A stretch of 64,000 nucleotides of DNA. Source: Camelus dromedarius. Its lineage: Eukaryota. A program made the position numbers and the translations under genes. Position 1 is the first letter of the stretch. Each line of letters starts with the position of its first letter. The notes beneath the pieces are model-generated. The model ran no database searches, was not told the DNA's origin, and saw only the letters and a list, made by a program, of their open reading frames with translations. The stretch is from assembly GCF_036321535.1 (NCBI RefSeq), contig NC_087447.1:39000001-39064000 (forward strand), read 5' to 3'. Positions 38,615-50,800 of the stretch are shown here, piece by piece.

Positions 38615-39953
38615 TACGACACTGTGTTCATTCCAGGTGCGCAATGTAGTGATTCCATATTTCTGTGTTACTAAATGATCACCACCATTAGTTACCATCT
38701 GGTTAACATGCAAAATTATTACAACATTATTGACTGTATTCCCCATGCTGTATATTTCATACCCTTAACTCATTTATTTTGTAACTGGAAGCTTGTACCT
38801 CTTAATCTCCCTCACCAATTTCACTCATCCCCCCCACCACTCCCCTCTCCCCTGGCAACCAACTCTTTGTTTTCTGTATCTGTGACTCTCTCTGTATTGT
38901 TATGTTTGCTCATTTGCTTTGTGTTTTAGATACCACATATAAGTGAAATCATACGGTATTTGTGTTTCTGTGTATGACTTACTTCACTTAGCATAATACT
39001 CTGTAGGTCCATCCATGTTGTTGCAAATGGCAAGAATTCATTCTTTTTTATGGCTGAGTAATATTCCATTGTATATATATCACATCTTTGTCCATTCATC
39101 TATTAATGGGCACTTAGGTCACTTCCATATCTTGGCTATTGTAAATAATGCTGCAATGAACATACATCCTTTCTAATTAGATTTTTTGTTTTCTTTGGAT
39201 GAATACCCAGGAGTGGAATTACTGGGTCATATGGTAGTTCTAATTTTAATTTTTTTTTTGCAGAATTTCCATGCTGTTTTCCATAGTGGCTGCACGAATT
39301 TACATTCCCACCAATAGTGCGCAAGGGTCCCCTTTTCTCCACATCCTCACCAACACTTGTTATTTGTTTATTTGATAATATCTGTTGTGACATGTGTGAG
39401 GTGTTATCTCATTGAGGTTTTGATTTGCAGTTCCCTGATTACTAGTGCTGATTAGTGATTTTTTCATGTGCCTGTTGGCCATCTGTATATTTTCTTTGGA
39501 AAAACGTCTATTCAGATAGTCTACCTGGAAAAATATCTATTCAGATAGTCTACCCATTTTTTAATTGGTCTGTTTGATGTTGAGCTGCATGAGTTTTGTG
39601 TATTTTGGATATTACCCCCTTATTGGATATATCATTTGCAAAAATCTCCTATTCAATAGGTAACCTTCTTGTTTTGTTGATAATTTCCTTTGCTGTGCAA
39701 AAGCTTTTTAGTTTGATGTAGTCCCATTTGTTTATTTTTGCTTTTGTTTCTCTTGCCTGAGGTGACATATACAAAAAGAAAATGTTACTATAAAACCAAT
39801 GTCAAAAAGCTGCTGTCTGTGTTTTCTTCTAGAAGTTTTAGGTCTTACATTTAAGTCTCTAATCCATTTTTAATTTATTTTTGTGCATGATGTGAGAAAG
39901 TAGTCCAGTTTGATTCTTTTGCATGTAGCTGTCCTTTTCCCCAAACATCATTA
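38615..39953 (-). mobile_element. 5'-truncated L1 (ORF2 end and 3' UTR)
   Basis: ORF 39136-39393(-) contains [11 protein letters not shown]...LKLELPYDPVIPLLGIHPK. Confidence 0.92.
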
Positions 39954-40589
39954 ATTGATTCTTAATCCAATTAGAGCCCTTCTTTCTTGAGAAAAAGGGA
40001 ACATTGTAAGCAACAGTACTTCCAAGACTGTCAGTGCTCATCATGGGTGATAAAATGACCCAATAGCCACTTTCACAAATCCCAACCAACTCAGAGAGGC
40101 TCAGGTTTTCACAATGATGGAACTTTAAGTTTCAAAAAGCCCTGTCCAAGTCTGGGAGACCACTAATAGAGGATGACTTTCTAGACACATTTGGGTCCTT
40201 TGGTTTATGCTCACCCCAGCAGTTTTCAATAATTCATGATAATTATCTTTCAAGGTGGGGTTAATAAGGGATATAGAATGGAGTTTAGTAATCAAACCAT
40301 TAAGTGACTTCCCGATTTCCTTCCTGGACCTAGCCTTCATAGGAGCAGCTGATGCTTGTGTTCCTGAGCTGTCTACCACCATGTTACCCCGAGCCAATTT
40401 ATGTTTTCCAAGATGTGTGTCAGATGTTGTGCCTCCAGATGATTCACACAATAGTCAACAAGATATTCATCCTCTATGAAGGGAGAACACTAGGATAATC
40501 AAGTTTCATAAATTACACTCTTTGGGGCTAAGAAATAGGCTTAGTTTATCTCCATTTACTTCAAGTAATGGAGGATGTGTAATTCTTTT

Positions 40590-41018
40590 CTGTAAAATTT
40601 TTTTGCTCTGAGACCCTTTACTTGTTCTGCCTTGAATTGCAGGGAGCTCTGTGTCTGAGGTTCCCTTGCCAACTGGCTTGCAGGTAGCTTCAGCTAATGG
40701 AAGAAATCAGGAGAAAATTGAAATTCAGAAGGTAAGGGGGTAGCCTGGGAATTTCTTCATATCTTACCATGCCTAAAACAGTGTCTCTAGTTCCCATTCC
40801 TGATGGACAGCTCCCCTCTGCATGGTCCCTGCTCCCTGTGGACAGCATTCTAGGCTCTTGTAACACCATTTCCTTCCTTGTCATTTGGCCATAGATATCG
40901 TAGTAGATCTTGCCATTGCTCATCTAGGGGTTGACTCGTACCCTCTTTGGCTTCCTAGTGCTTCCATTACCTGTGTAATTAATTCTTGTATTAAATTGCA
41001 GCTGGACCAAGACTGACA
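40590..41018 (+). mobile_element. Old ERVL-type LTR (LTR33/LTR16-like)
   Basis: TTCCCTTGCCAACTGGCTT...CAGCTAATGGAAG; 3' motif TGTAATTAATTCTTGTATTAAAT...GACTGACA. Confidence 0.6.
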
Positions 41019-41569
41019 AAGTATGTTTATACTAAACCTTCATGTGTTTAGGAAACCAGGAATAGTCAGACAATGGGGGCTTTGGAAGAGCAGGATTTGT
41101 AGTACAGGCATGCTTCACAGGAACAGAAATTGGATCCAAGGCAGGTCTCAAGACCTCTGCAGCAGGAGTCTATTAATTCTCACTTTAGTACTCTGCCATC
41201 AGTATGAGTCAGTTATTCTTTCCAAATGCTTATCTCTTTACCAATGACTTCCTCCTCTTCTACTCCTGCTGTGTCCTTTGTGTGCCTCATAACTTTGGCT
41301 TCCTTATAAGTTTTGGATCTCTCTGTCTTAACTTTATAATGGCCTATCATGATTTTGACAGCTTCTCTCTACATCAGAAACTTTCTGTTTTAGCTCCCAC
41401 TGATGATACGTCTTATCTCTCAGTATTTCTTGGTTCAAATCTATGAGAAAAGTAGTCTGATTATCCAAGCTCATATTTTTATATTAGACTATGTCATAGG
41501 TTGTGGTCAGTTTGTGGATTGGGTAATATTCCCAATTCAGGTATAATCAGCTACTACCTATGTGTTTGT

Positions 41570-41745
41570 GCTACTTTCTCTGAACTTCCGTTTCTTCACC
41601 TGTAAATTGGAGATAATAAATGTGCCTATTTAATATATCCATTTTACATGTGAAGAAATGGAAGTTCAGAGATCAATTATGTGTAAAATATCTACCACAG
41701 TGCTTGGCAAATGGTAAGCCTTCAATATTAGTTATTATTACTACT
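41570..41745 (+). mobile_element. MIR remnant containing an internal inverted duplication
   Basis: Core TCTCTGAACTTCCGTTTCTTCACCTGTAAATTGGAGATAATAA and tail CACAGTGCTTGGCAAATGGTAAGC...TTAGTTATTATTA, separated by an inverted copy of the core. Confidence 0.8.
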
Positions 41746-42169
41746 ACTAGTACTAGTATAGAACAACTCCTTCAACAAGACTATGAGTAAGATGGTTCCT
41801 CTGAGAAGGAGGGAGAGGGACATACTCTATTACTGATACTTTAATTATATGGGGATATTTGGAAACTGTTTAGAATTGGTGATATTATAGACAGCTGCAC
41901 TCCGTTCTTTAACTTCATCTTCCTGTTAACTGGTTTACATATATATATATATATAATTTTGCTCTCTTTATAATCCTTTCTTTCTATACTGTAGCTATAG
42001 AAAGCTTTCAAAATCACAATCTGATTGTGCTCCATTGCTCTTAAAATGGTTGAAAAATTTGTCCCCAGGGCCCTGCGTGGTTTGACTCCCTCTTTCTTCC
42101 TTTCTCATGGTGGCTTTTCCCATTTGCTCTTTTTGCTGCTGTCCAGTTCCTTTCCCGCATTAGGATTTA

Positions 42170-43200
42170 GAAAATATTCTGAACTTGCTGAAGTGTTTAC
42201 TGATAAAATAATGTGATGTCTGGTGTTTGCTTGAAGATGTCTCAGGCCCCCAAAAGTATTGGTGAGAAGGAGCAAAGAGAAAAAGATTTGCAAAATGTGA
42301 AAGGTTGTTGAAGCTGGGTGATGGGCAGAGGAGGTTCATTATACTATTCTCTATTTCTTTGTGTGTATTGAATATTTTTACAATAATTTTAATTAAAATA
42401 TATTTAGTTGAATGATAAGGAAAATACTTTGTATCAAAATTGTGAGATGTATGTAAAGCCATGATCAAAGGGAAGTATGTAGCCTTAGATACATCTTTAG
42501 GAAAAAAGAAATGCCGTACAGAATTGAGCTAAGCATCCACCACAAGAAATGGAAATGGTAACAGCAAATGAACTTCAAATAAGAAGGAACAGAAATTAAT
42601 GAAACAAAACAAATAATATGGAGAATCTGCAAGACAAGATTGCTTTTTGGGAATATAACAACTTTCCTAAATCTGGTGATTATGATTAATTTTTTTTAAA
42701 AGAGAGAGAAGAGACAAATTGCTTGTGTCAGGAAATAAAACTTAATAGCAGACAATACAAGAGTCACAAGAGGATATTATAAACATCTTTATGCCAATGA
42801 CTTTGCAAACTTAGATTAAAATGGCATTCTTAGAAAAATATAATTTACTTAGGCAAACCAGAAATCTGAAGAGTCCTATATCTATTAGAAAAAATTTAAG
42901 TCCATAATTTAAAACTTTCCCAAATGGCTTCGCTGGTGAATGCATCCAAATATTTAAGGGAGAAATTATACCAATCTTCCACAAATATTTACAGAGAATA
43001 GAAAAGTGGAGAAAACATATCAATTTATTTTATAAATAAAGGATTACTTGAAAGTAATGCTCAATTTTTGTATAAATAAAAAAAACCTGTTGAAAACACA
43101 AGAAGAAAGGGTACTGTGAGTAATTCTCACTCATGAACATAGAGGCAAAACCCTTAAACAAAATATTAGCTAATCAAATCATGCACTATTTATATAAATC
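42170..43200 (+). mobile_element. Old L1ME 3' UTR fragment (about 42170-42395) followed by a decayed L1M ORF2 fragment
   Basis: GTTGTTGAAGCTGGGTGATGGG...GTTCATTATACTATTCTCT; ATGGCTTCGCTGGTGAAT...AAACAAAATATTAGC. Confidence 0.7.
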
Positions 43201-43565
43201 AATAAGAAATAAGTAGAAAATAAAATCTTAAAAAACTTTTTTTCCTTTTTCAGTTTTATTCGGTAGAATTATTATAGTTCAACTCCACATACATATTATA
43301 TTGCATGTAAATACATATATACAGTATAGTGCACATTTTTTTAGTTTACATGTATGTACTGATCATTGTTTCTAAGAACAGATTAAAGCTTTAACTATTT
43401 AAATTTACATAGTTATCAAAGGAATAAAGCTAACTACAAAATACGAATCAACAGAATGTGGTAATCCAATCATAAAGGACAGTCAAATGTGCTTACTCAT
43501 ATTCAAGAAATCAATAATCTTAGTTATAAATAATAAGTAGTTCATTTGTGTCATTATTATTATTA

Positions 43566-43812
43566 TTTTTTAGATTCCTCATATAAATGATGTCATATGG
43601 CATTTTTCTTTCTGGCCCACTTCACTTAGAATGACAGCCTTCAGGTCCATCCATATTACTGCAAATGGCATTATTTTATTCTTTTTTATGGCTGAGTAGT
43701 GTTCTATTGTATATATGTACCACATCTTCTTTATCCAGTCATCTGTTGATGGACATTTGGGTTGTTTCCGTGTCTTGGCTATTGTAAATAGTGCTACTGT
43801 GAACATTGGGGT
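43566..43812 (-). mobile_element. L1 fragment (ORF2 end and start of 3' UTR)
   Basis: ORF 43579-43833(-) reads [45 protein letters not shown]. Confidence 0.9.
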
Positions 43813-45165
43813 GGAAAAGATGCTCAACATCACTAATCATTATGAAAGTGTAAATCAAAACCACAATGAGATATCACTGTCTTATTAAGGGATAGCCCTT
43901 TTTCTTAATACAGATCTTATTGACCCTGGTTAGTCTGTAGCTCTGGTCTGAGGGACAGATATCACCTCATACCTGTCAGGGTGGCTACTATCAAAAAGAG
44001 AACAAATAAATGTTGGCAAGGATATGGAAAAAAGGGAACTCTTGTGCATTGTTGGTGGGTATGTAATTAATGCAGCCATTGTGGAAAACAGTATGGAAAT
44101 TCCTTTAAAAAGTAAAAATAGAAATACCATATGAACCAGTAATTTTGCTCCTGGGTATTTACCCAAAGAAAATGAAAACACTAATTAGAAAAGATATATG
44201 CACCACCACGTTCATTGCAGGATTATTTACAATAGCCAAGATATGGAAGTGACCAAAGTTGCTTAAGATAGATGAATGGATAAAGAAGAGGTGGTATATA
44301 TGTTCAATGGAATATTACTCACCCATAAAAAAGAATGAGATCTTGCCATTTTACAACATGTATTATTTTACGGTATTATGCTAAGTGAAATAAGTCAGAT
44401 AGATAAAGAAAACTACTCTATGATTTCATTTATACATGGAATCTTTAAAATAAAACAAATGAACAAACAGTAAAATAGAAACAGTCATAGATATAGAGAA
44501 TAAACAGATGGTTGCCATAGGGGAGGAGGAAGGGGAGAAGAGGGAAATAGGTGAGGGAGGTTAAGGTACAAGCTTCCAGTTGGAAAATAAACAAATCATG
44601 AGTATGAATACAGTATAGAGATTATAGTAAATAATTATAATATCTTTATGATGAGAAATGATAATTAGACCTATCCTGGTGATCATTTTGAAATGTATAG
44701 AGATAGGAAATCACTGTGTTGTGTAACAGGAACTGACATAGTATTGTAGGACAATTATACTTCAAAACAAAGAAACTCATAGAAAAGGAGATCAGATTTG
44801 TGTTTTCCAGAGGTGAGGTTTGAGGTGGGAAGAATTGGATAAAGACAGGCAAAAGGTACACACTTCCAGTTGTAAGATAAATAAGTAGAAGGTATGTAAT
44901 GTACAATATGATAAACATAGTTAACACTGCTGTATGTTATATATGAAAGTTGTTAAGAGGGTAAATCCTAAGAGTTCTCATCACAGGGAAAAAATGTTTT
45001 TATATTTCTTTAATTTTGTATCTATATGAGATGATGGATGTTCACTGAACTTATTGTGATAATCACTTCATGGTGTATCTAAGTCAAATCATTATGCTGT
45101 AAACCTTAAATTTACACAATGCTGTATGTCAATTATATCTCAATAAAACTGGAAGAAAAAAGATA
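43813..45165 (+). mobile_element. 5'-truncated L1 (ORF2 end, long 3' UTR, tail)
   Basis: AAAAGATGCTCAACATCACTAATCAT...ATGTCAATTATATCTCAATAAAACTGGAAGAAAAAA. Confidence 0.9.
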
Positions 45166-45169
45166 AAGA

Positions 45170-45850
45170 AAATACTTTGGCCACTGTGTAAGAAGCTAAG
45201 AGCGAAAGTAGAAAAACCACTCAGGAAGCTTTTGCAACAATCAGATGGGGTTGGGGTTAGCTAGGGCTAAGATAGTAGTGGTGGAGGAGGTGAGAAATGA
45301 CTAGGTGTGGTTATATTTTGGTATTAGAGGTAAACTGGATATAGGACATGAGAGAAGGAGAAGAAGAGAATCGACAATGACTTCTAGTTTGGGTCTGAAC
45401 ATCTGAATGAGTGTGTCATCTGAGAGAAGGAAGACTGGAGAAGAAGCAAACCTGGGGTGTGGAGGACATCAAAATTTCTGTTCTGGATAAGCTACATTTA
45501 AGATTCCTGATAGACATCCAAGTACAGAAATTGAGAAATCAGGCAAGAGCAACTGGTGTCACCAGAGTCATGGGGTATTCAGAAGTGAGAGGAAAAGCAA
45601 AGCCCTGAGTGAGGGGAGAGATCAATGAACAAGTAAGGATTTTCCTTAGATAAAAGCATGCCAGTTCCAACCCTTATAATACAAGGATCAACAAAGTGGG
45701 TACAGATGCCAGAGGGTTGGTAGATTTGTGGTGAGCAGGTAGGTGCCTGCTTGTCTCTAAAAGAAACAAGATTATCAATTGAGGGTAAGGAAAGGGAAGG
45801 GAGTGTTGGAGATTTGGAGTGGAGAGTAAAATAGTAGTTTCTAGAGAGTG
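45170..45850 (-). mobile_element. L2 LINE fragment
   Basis: Purine-rich; GTGGTGGAGGAGGTGAGAAATG, ATAGACATCCAAGT, AAGTGGGTACAGATGC. Confidence 0.65.
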
Positions 45851-46111
45851 TAGGACATCTTAGCATAAATATTTATGATATAACTGAATGCTGGCAAGTC
45901 CGTGTCTAACAGGTACAATGCTTGAAGCTATATAAGTTAGAGTAAGCAATCTAGAGGTTAAAGAAGTGAAAATTAATAAGAACAACCATCACTTCTTTGA
46001 TTCATCCTTTTTCCTGGGAATTAGCCCAAAGTAGCCATTGAAAAGAAAATAGTAATGTGTGGCAAATGTTGATTTTAAGTTTTATTGGTGTCATTAATAA
46101 AAGTTTTACTC

Positions 46112-46232
46112 AGTGGGTAGGGTATATAGCTTAGTGGTAGAGTGCATGCTTAGTATACACAAGGTCCTGGGTTCAATCCCCAGTACCTCCTCTAAAAATA
46201 ATCAGTAAACCTAACTACCTCCCTCCCCACAA
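46112..46232 (+). mobile_element. tRNA-Ala-derived SINE with perfect 16-bp TSD
   Basis: AATAAAAGTTTTACTC at 46096-46111 and 46233-46248; head TAGCTTAGTGGTAGAGTGCATGCTTAG...GGTTCAATCCCCAGTACCTCC. Confidence 0.95.
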
Positions 46233-46629
46233 AATAAAAGTTTTACTCTACATGTTACACAACCTAAACAACCATTTGTAAAGTAGCCACTGGGGAATAA
46301 GTCAGTGGGTCCCATTTCCGAAGCATAAGGGAGAAAGAAAAATTGGCTCTCTCACCTACATGCTTCTATGCAAGTGATTCAGGCCATTCCTGATCTGGCT
46401 CCTGTAGCCTCATCTCTCCTGGTGCCATCTTATACTTAATGCTCTAAAAGCACTGGGTGGCTTGTAGTTGGCAGTACAAAAGGCATTAAGTTCATTCCTA
46501 GGATTGCTCAAAGGATTGTGCTGTTATGTATTCGGTACAGGTGCTGAATCAGAGGACAAATTCAAGAGAGAAAGAGTATGGATTGTCATCCTTATAGCAC
46601 CTGCATTCTATGCAATTTTTCCCCAGTTC

Positions 46630-46895
46630 TTTTTTTTTTAAATTAATTAATTATTTATTTTAAGTGAAGCATAGTCAGTTACAGTGTGTCAATTTCTGAT
46701 GTACAGCATAATGTCCCAGTCATGCATATACATACATACATTCGTTTTCATATTCTTTTTCAGTAAAGGTTATTACAAGATATTGAATATAGTTCCCTGT
46801 GCTATACAGAAAAAAATTGGTTTTTACCTATTTTTTTATATAATGGTTAACATTTGCAAATCTTAAACTCTCAAATTTATCCTTTCCCCGGTAGC
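46630..46895 (-). mobile_element. Young L1 3' end
   Basis: Poly-T, then ATAGTCAGTTACAGTGTGTCAATTTCTGATGTACAGCATAATGTCCCAGTCATG. Confidence 0.85.
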
Positions 46896-47594
46896 CACTA
46901 TATTTAAGGTGATGCAATACCTGAGTAGATATGCCCTATAGGCAAAAGAGTTCATAAGCCTGGATAAGAAGATATTGGGATAAGAATGGTTGTGAAACTA
47001 GTAAGCAAGAAGTAGGGTAGCCTAGGGAATGTCGCTGGGGTGTGGTGGGAAGAGAGAAGAGAGTACTGGAGAAAACAGAGACCAGGTGTTCAGAAGTAGG
47101 AGACCCAAAGTAATATAATATCTGGACAAAGTTCACAAGACATAGTTCATGAAGTTGAGAGCAAGGTTCTTGTGTTTAATGCAATGTAGATATTACATGA
47201 AACAGAAGAATACTGATCATTGGATGTGGCAATACAGGAGTCCTTGGCAAGAACAGTGTGAATGGTGAGGTTAGGAAGCCACGTTTCAACAATTTAAAAA
47301 ACACTTTATCTGAGTCGGATAGAAGTGACTAGTATAGATCACTTAAGAAGTTTCATAATGAAGGAATAGCTGAACCCCTAGAAGGTACTCAGTATAACCT
47401 TTATGCTTTGAAAGTGTTAGATTAGATTTGATTTGATTCACAGGTAATTCTCTTTTGGAAAAGAAATTCCATACTAATGTGAGAGTTTGTCAAGTGAACT
47501 TGAAGATAAGTGCCAAAGTAGTATAGAAATATAATGAAGTTTATTTTAGAGAAATTTTTGTTGAACAATATTATTCAGCGTGGTATTATTAAGC

Positions 47595-47649
47595 AAGAAG
47601 AAAAGAAGAAGAAGGAGAAAGAGCAGGAGGAGGAGGAGGAGAAGAGGAA
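47595..47649. repeat. Imperfect (GAA)/(GAG) purine tract
   Basis: AAGAAGAAAAGAAGAAGAAGGAGAAAGAGCAGGAGGAGGAGGAGGAGAAGAGG. Confidence 0.85.
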
Positions 47650-48248
47650 TCTGTCTGCCATCTTGCTAACATTTATCCTCTTTGACAAAAATATCACATG
47701 GCACATTTGAAAAGGATAAAAACAATCTTATGTTGTGTTTTTCTGTGTCAAATTAAATCTTATGCCAAGGGAGGGGGATAAGTTCAATATCAGTCATTCT
47801 TCATAGCTCCCTTCTCTTTCTTCGAACTTTACCAGGATTCCAGAGCTTGTTGAATTCCAGTGTAAACGAGGAGAGAGACCTCTGGCCTTTTGTCTGTTGT
47901 GATCAGTACCAAAGATACGCTCAAGGCTCAGTCTCATTTAGTCTGTGAGTTTTGTATCTCATTAGATACCACATTAGACAGAAGGTAGATGGCTGGGTTA
48001 TGCCCACTCAGCCATGGGGAACTGTGCCATAATCACCAAGCCATGCACTGAGGGTTCTCCCTGGCTTAATGCAGCCACCTGTGTTTTTCCAGTGGTTCTA
48101 ATTTCTAGAAGAAAGCCACTACTTCCCCACTTAATACTGGCGTCTCCCACTTTTTCCTAATCTACCTCTCCAGGGACCAGGCTTTTCACACCTCCAACAC
48201 TTGATATTTTTGTCGTAGAGGATAAATGTTGGCAAGATGGCAGACAGA

Positions 48249-48323
48249 TTCTTCCTCTTCTTCCCCTTCCCCTTCCTCCTCTTCCTCTTCTCCTTCCCCT
48301 CCCTCTCCTTTTTCTTTTTCCTT
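48249..48323. repeat. CT-rich low-complexity tract
   Basis: About 75 nt made only of pyrimidines. Confidence 0.9.
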
Positions 48324-49327
48324 AATAATAGAGTGATGAATAATAGTGTTCAACAAAAATATTCTCTCAAGACACCCAGGCTTCCTTTTCTCACTACTTT
48401 CTTTAATAATGGACTTAACAGTTCATTAATAAGGTCTAGATATTTTAAACAATGAGAACCCAATGCCAACATCATAAAAGAATATTTTCTGGGGATAAGA
48501 TGCTCCCAGTCTTTAGAAAAATAATAGTCTCTCAGGGATATGCAGCATACTGCTTCTAAGCAACAGAAAATAAATAATGCTGTTGAATGTTTACATCCAA
48601 TCTTACCCCATTTAATTCTCAATAACTCAGCCTGTTGTATATTTGTCTTGGTTTAAGGGGCATCGTTAGTGTTTCCTGGTTAATCTAGAAGCTAATTGGT
48701 CTTTCTTGGGAGGAGAAAAAAGGCACGAAGGGATAATGACCAAATGATGTGAGCATATCACATATTACCAAGCTCTTAGAAGCTTGGTAGGGGAAGCTTG
48801 GTGAAATAATTAGGAAAAGCCTGGTGAAATAATCTAAGAAATTGTCTCATATATATGATGTTAGTGTTTTGGTGGCATAAAGTGGCTCCTGTTTTGTAGA
48901 ATGCCTAGGGAAAGATATGTCTGGGCCATGCCCTCAGCTCACATAGTAAGTCAAGGACAGGGAGAAGTTGAGCACATCCAGCATATGTGATTGGTCAATA
49001 TGGGGCAGGTAGAGACACAGAGAGTGGAGAGGTGACATTTTTCCAACTTTACCCTCTGACACACAGCTGTGGAAGAAACCTGTTGTGAGAAGGAATGATC
49101 AAAGGCACAGCTTTCAGGAAGACGCTTTCTATTTTCTTGACCGTGTCCTGCTGAATGGTTTCATGGCCCACCATTAATGTTATAATTAACTATTTGATTT
49201 CTTTATTTCATAAGTTATGTTTATTGTTAAAAAAGAAGAAAATTATAGACGAGAAAAATGAATTTATAAATACTTACAATAGCTCCTTGGACTTAACTAC
49301 TGTTGGTAATAATAAAAGAAATTTTTA

Positions 49328-49821
49328 TGTACTGAGATATGGAGAAGTCATTCTGGCTTATACATGAGTTAACCTGAATATTATGCTAACTAAAACAGCC
49401 TGTTTGTGGCCTATCAAACATACATTGCACATCTGCTTTCATTATTAAAGAAAAGGGCACCTTGACCATAAGTAAAGAATGTCTATGATAAAAATAAAGA
49501 TTAAATGCCTCCCTTCCTGGGACACCAATGCTGGTCCTCCTTTGATGATAAGACTCCCTTCCCAGGTTCCAAGGCCACATTGTACATGCTGTACGTGTAC
49601 GTGCTGCTCTATTTTTCTGAAACCTTGCAGAAATGTATCCCTGACTTGTTTAATGTTCTTTGTTCTGACAAGATATAAAAGTGTGCTGAAAACCCTGCTT
49701 CTCTGGGGCAGTTTCTCAGAGTAATCTGGGAGGCAGGCTCCTCGGCTGGTCCTTAGTTTGGCTCAGATAAAACTCTTTTCTATTCTTATTATTGATTGTT
49801 TATTGATCATTTTTGTCAACA
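49328..49821 (+). mobile_element. ERV1-type solo LTR
   Basis: TG...GTCAACA ends, TATAAAA at about 49674, R-like CAGTTTCTCAGAGTAATCTGGGAGGC...TTTGGCTCAGATAAAACTC. Flanks TTTA/ATTA; the 5' boundary is uncertain. Confidence 0.75.
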
Positions 49822-50534
49822 ATTATATATTCCATCTAAAGTTTTTTGTATACAGATACAGACATTTTTGTTGAGAAAAATAAAATGAGCTCAAACAGCA
49901 CGTACTATTTTGTGACTTGCTATTCTGAACAACTGGTAAAAAACAGACAAACAAATAATGGTTTATTGTGGTTACAGCAGACTCTGCAGGTGTTTGAAAT
50001 ACATCAGAGACTTCTTTGGGCTAGGTTCCACAAAAGATCCCAAAGACTTGAGTGGATCTAAAGTTTTGTAAGGTTAGCGCTGAGACTGAAACAGGAGGAA
50101 AAGAGGCATATACTCTCTCTTCCCCATAATCTCCCTCTCCTCTTAGATGTTAAGAGCTGAGTCATGCAGCTCAGCTCACAGCATTACTCCAGAGTGACTA
50201 TGCCTCCCTCAAAGTCCCAGACCATAAGGTCAAGAGAATGACTAAGGACCGAGGAGCCATGGAAAGGCCAATTCTGCTCTTGGGTTTCACTTATTAAACT
50301 GTTCCTACCTTATTGAATACTGCTTCCTTTAGGCTATTTTGTTTTTTGATTGGTGTAAACAGTCTGATTCTCTCATCTCTCTCTCCTAATATAATTCTTT
50401 GCGGAGTCCAGAACTAGTCTCTTAGAGATTTCTTTGCAGGAATAATGGGAAAGTGCCAAAACGACCGCCCAGGAAAACCCATATCATGTTTAAAGATTTC
50501 CAAGACTGACTCTGGACATTATTTGTCAGGAAGG

Positions 50535-50800
50535 AGTAGAGCAGGGTAGTTTAAAGCATGGCTTCTGGAGACCAAGACTGAGCCTCCACCCTGGCTTGAC
50601 TATTTGCGAACTGCATGGCACAACCAGGGCAAGTTACTTAACATCTCTTTTCCTCAGTTTCCTCATTTGAAAAATGAGTGATTGTATTATAACCTACCTC
50701 ATTAGGTTGTTTGTCAGGTTTAAATGTGCTTTTACACATAAAGTGCTTAGAACAGGACCCAACAGATGGTGAATCCTCAGTAGTAAGTGTTAGCTATTAA
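50535..50800 (+). mobile_element. MIR SINE
   Basis: GGGCAAGTTACTTAACATCTCTTTTCCTCAGTTTCCTCATTTG...TAAAGTGCTTAGAACAG. Confidence 0.9.

Noticed and set aside
43566..45165. Twin-priming 5' inversion of one L1
   Set aside because: The minus-strand piece covers a region also present in the plus-strand piece (about 44200-44440) and differs from it in sequence, so two separate elements are more likely.
48778..48840. Short direct repeats AAGC(T/C)TGGTGAAATAAT as a CRISPR-like or regulatory array
   Set aside because: Only two full units and one partial, with no spacers of consistent length, in mammalian DNA; an ordinary local duplication.
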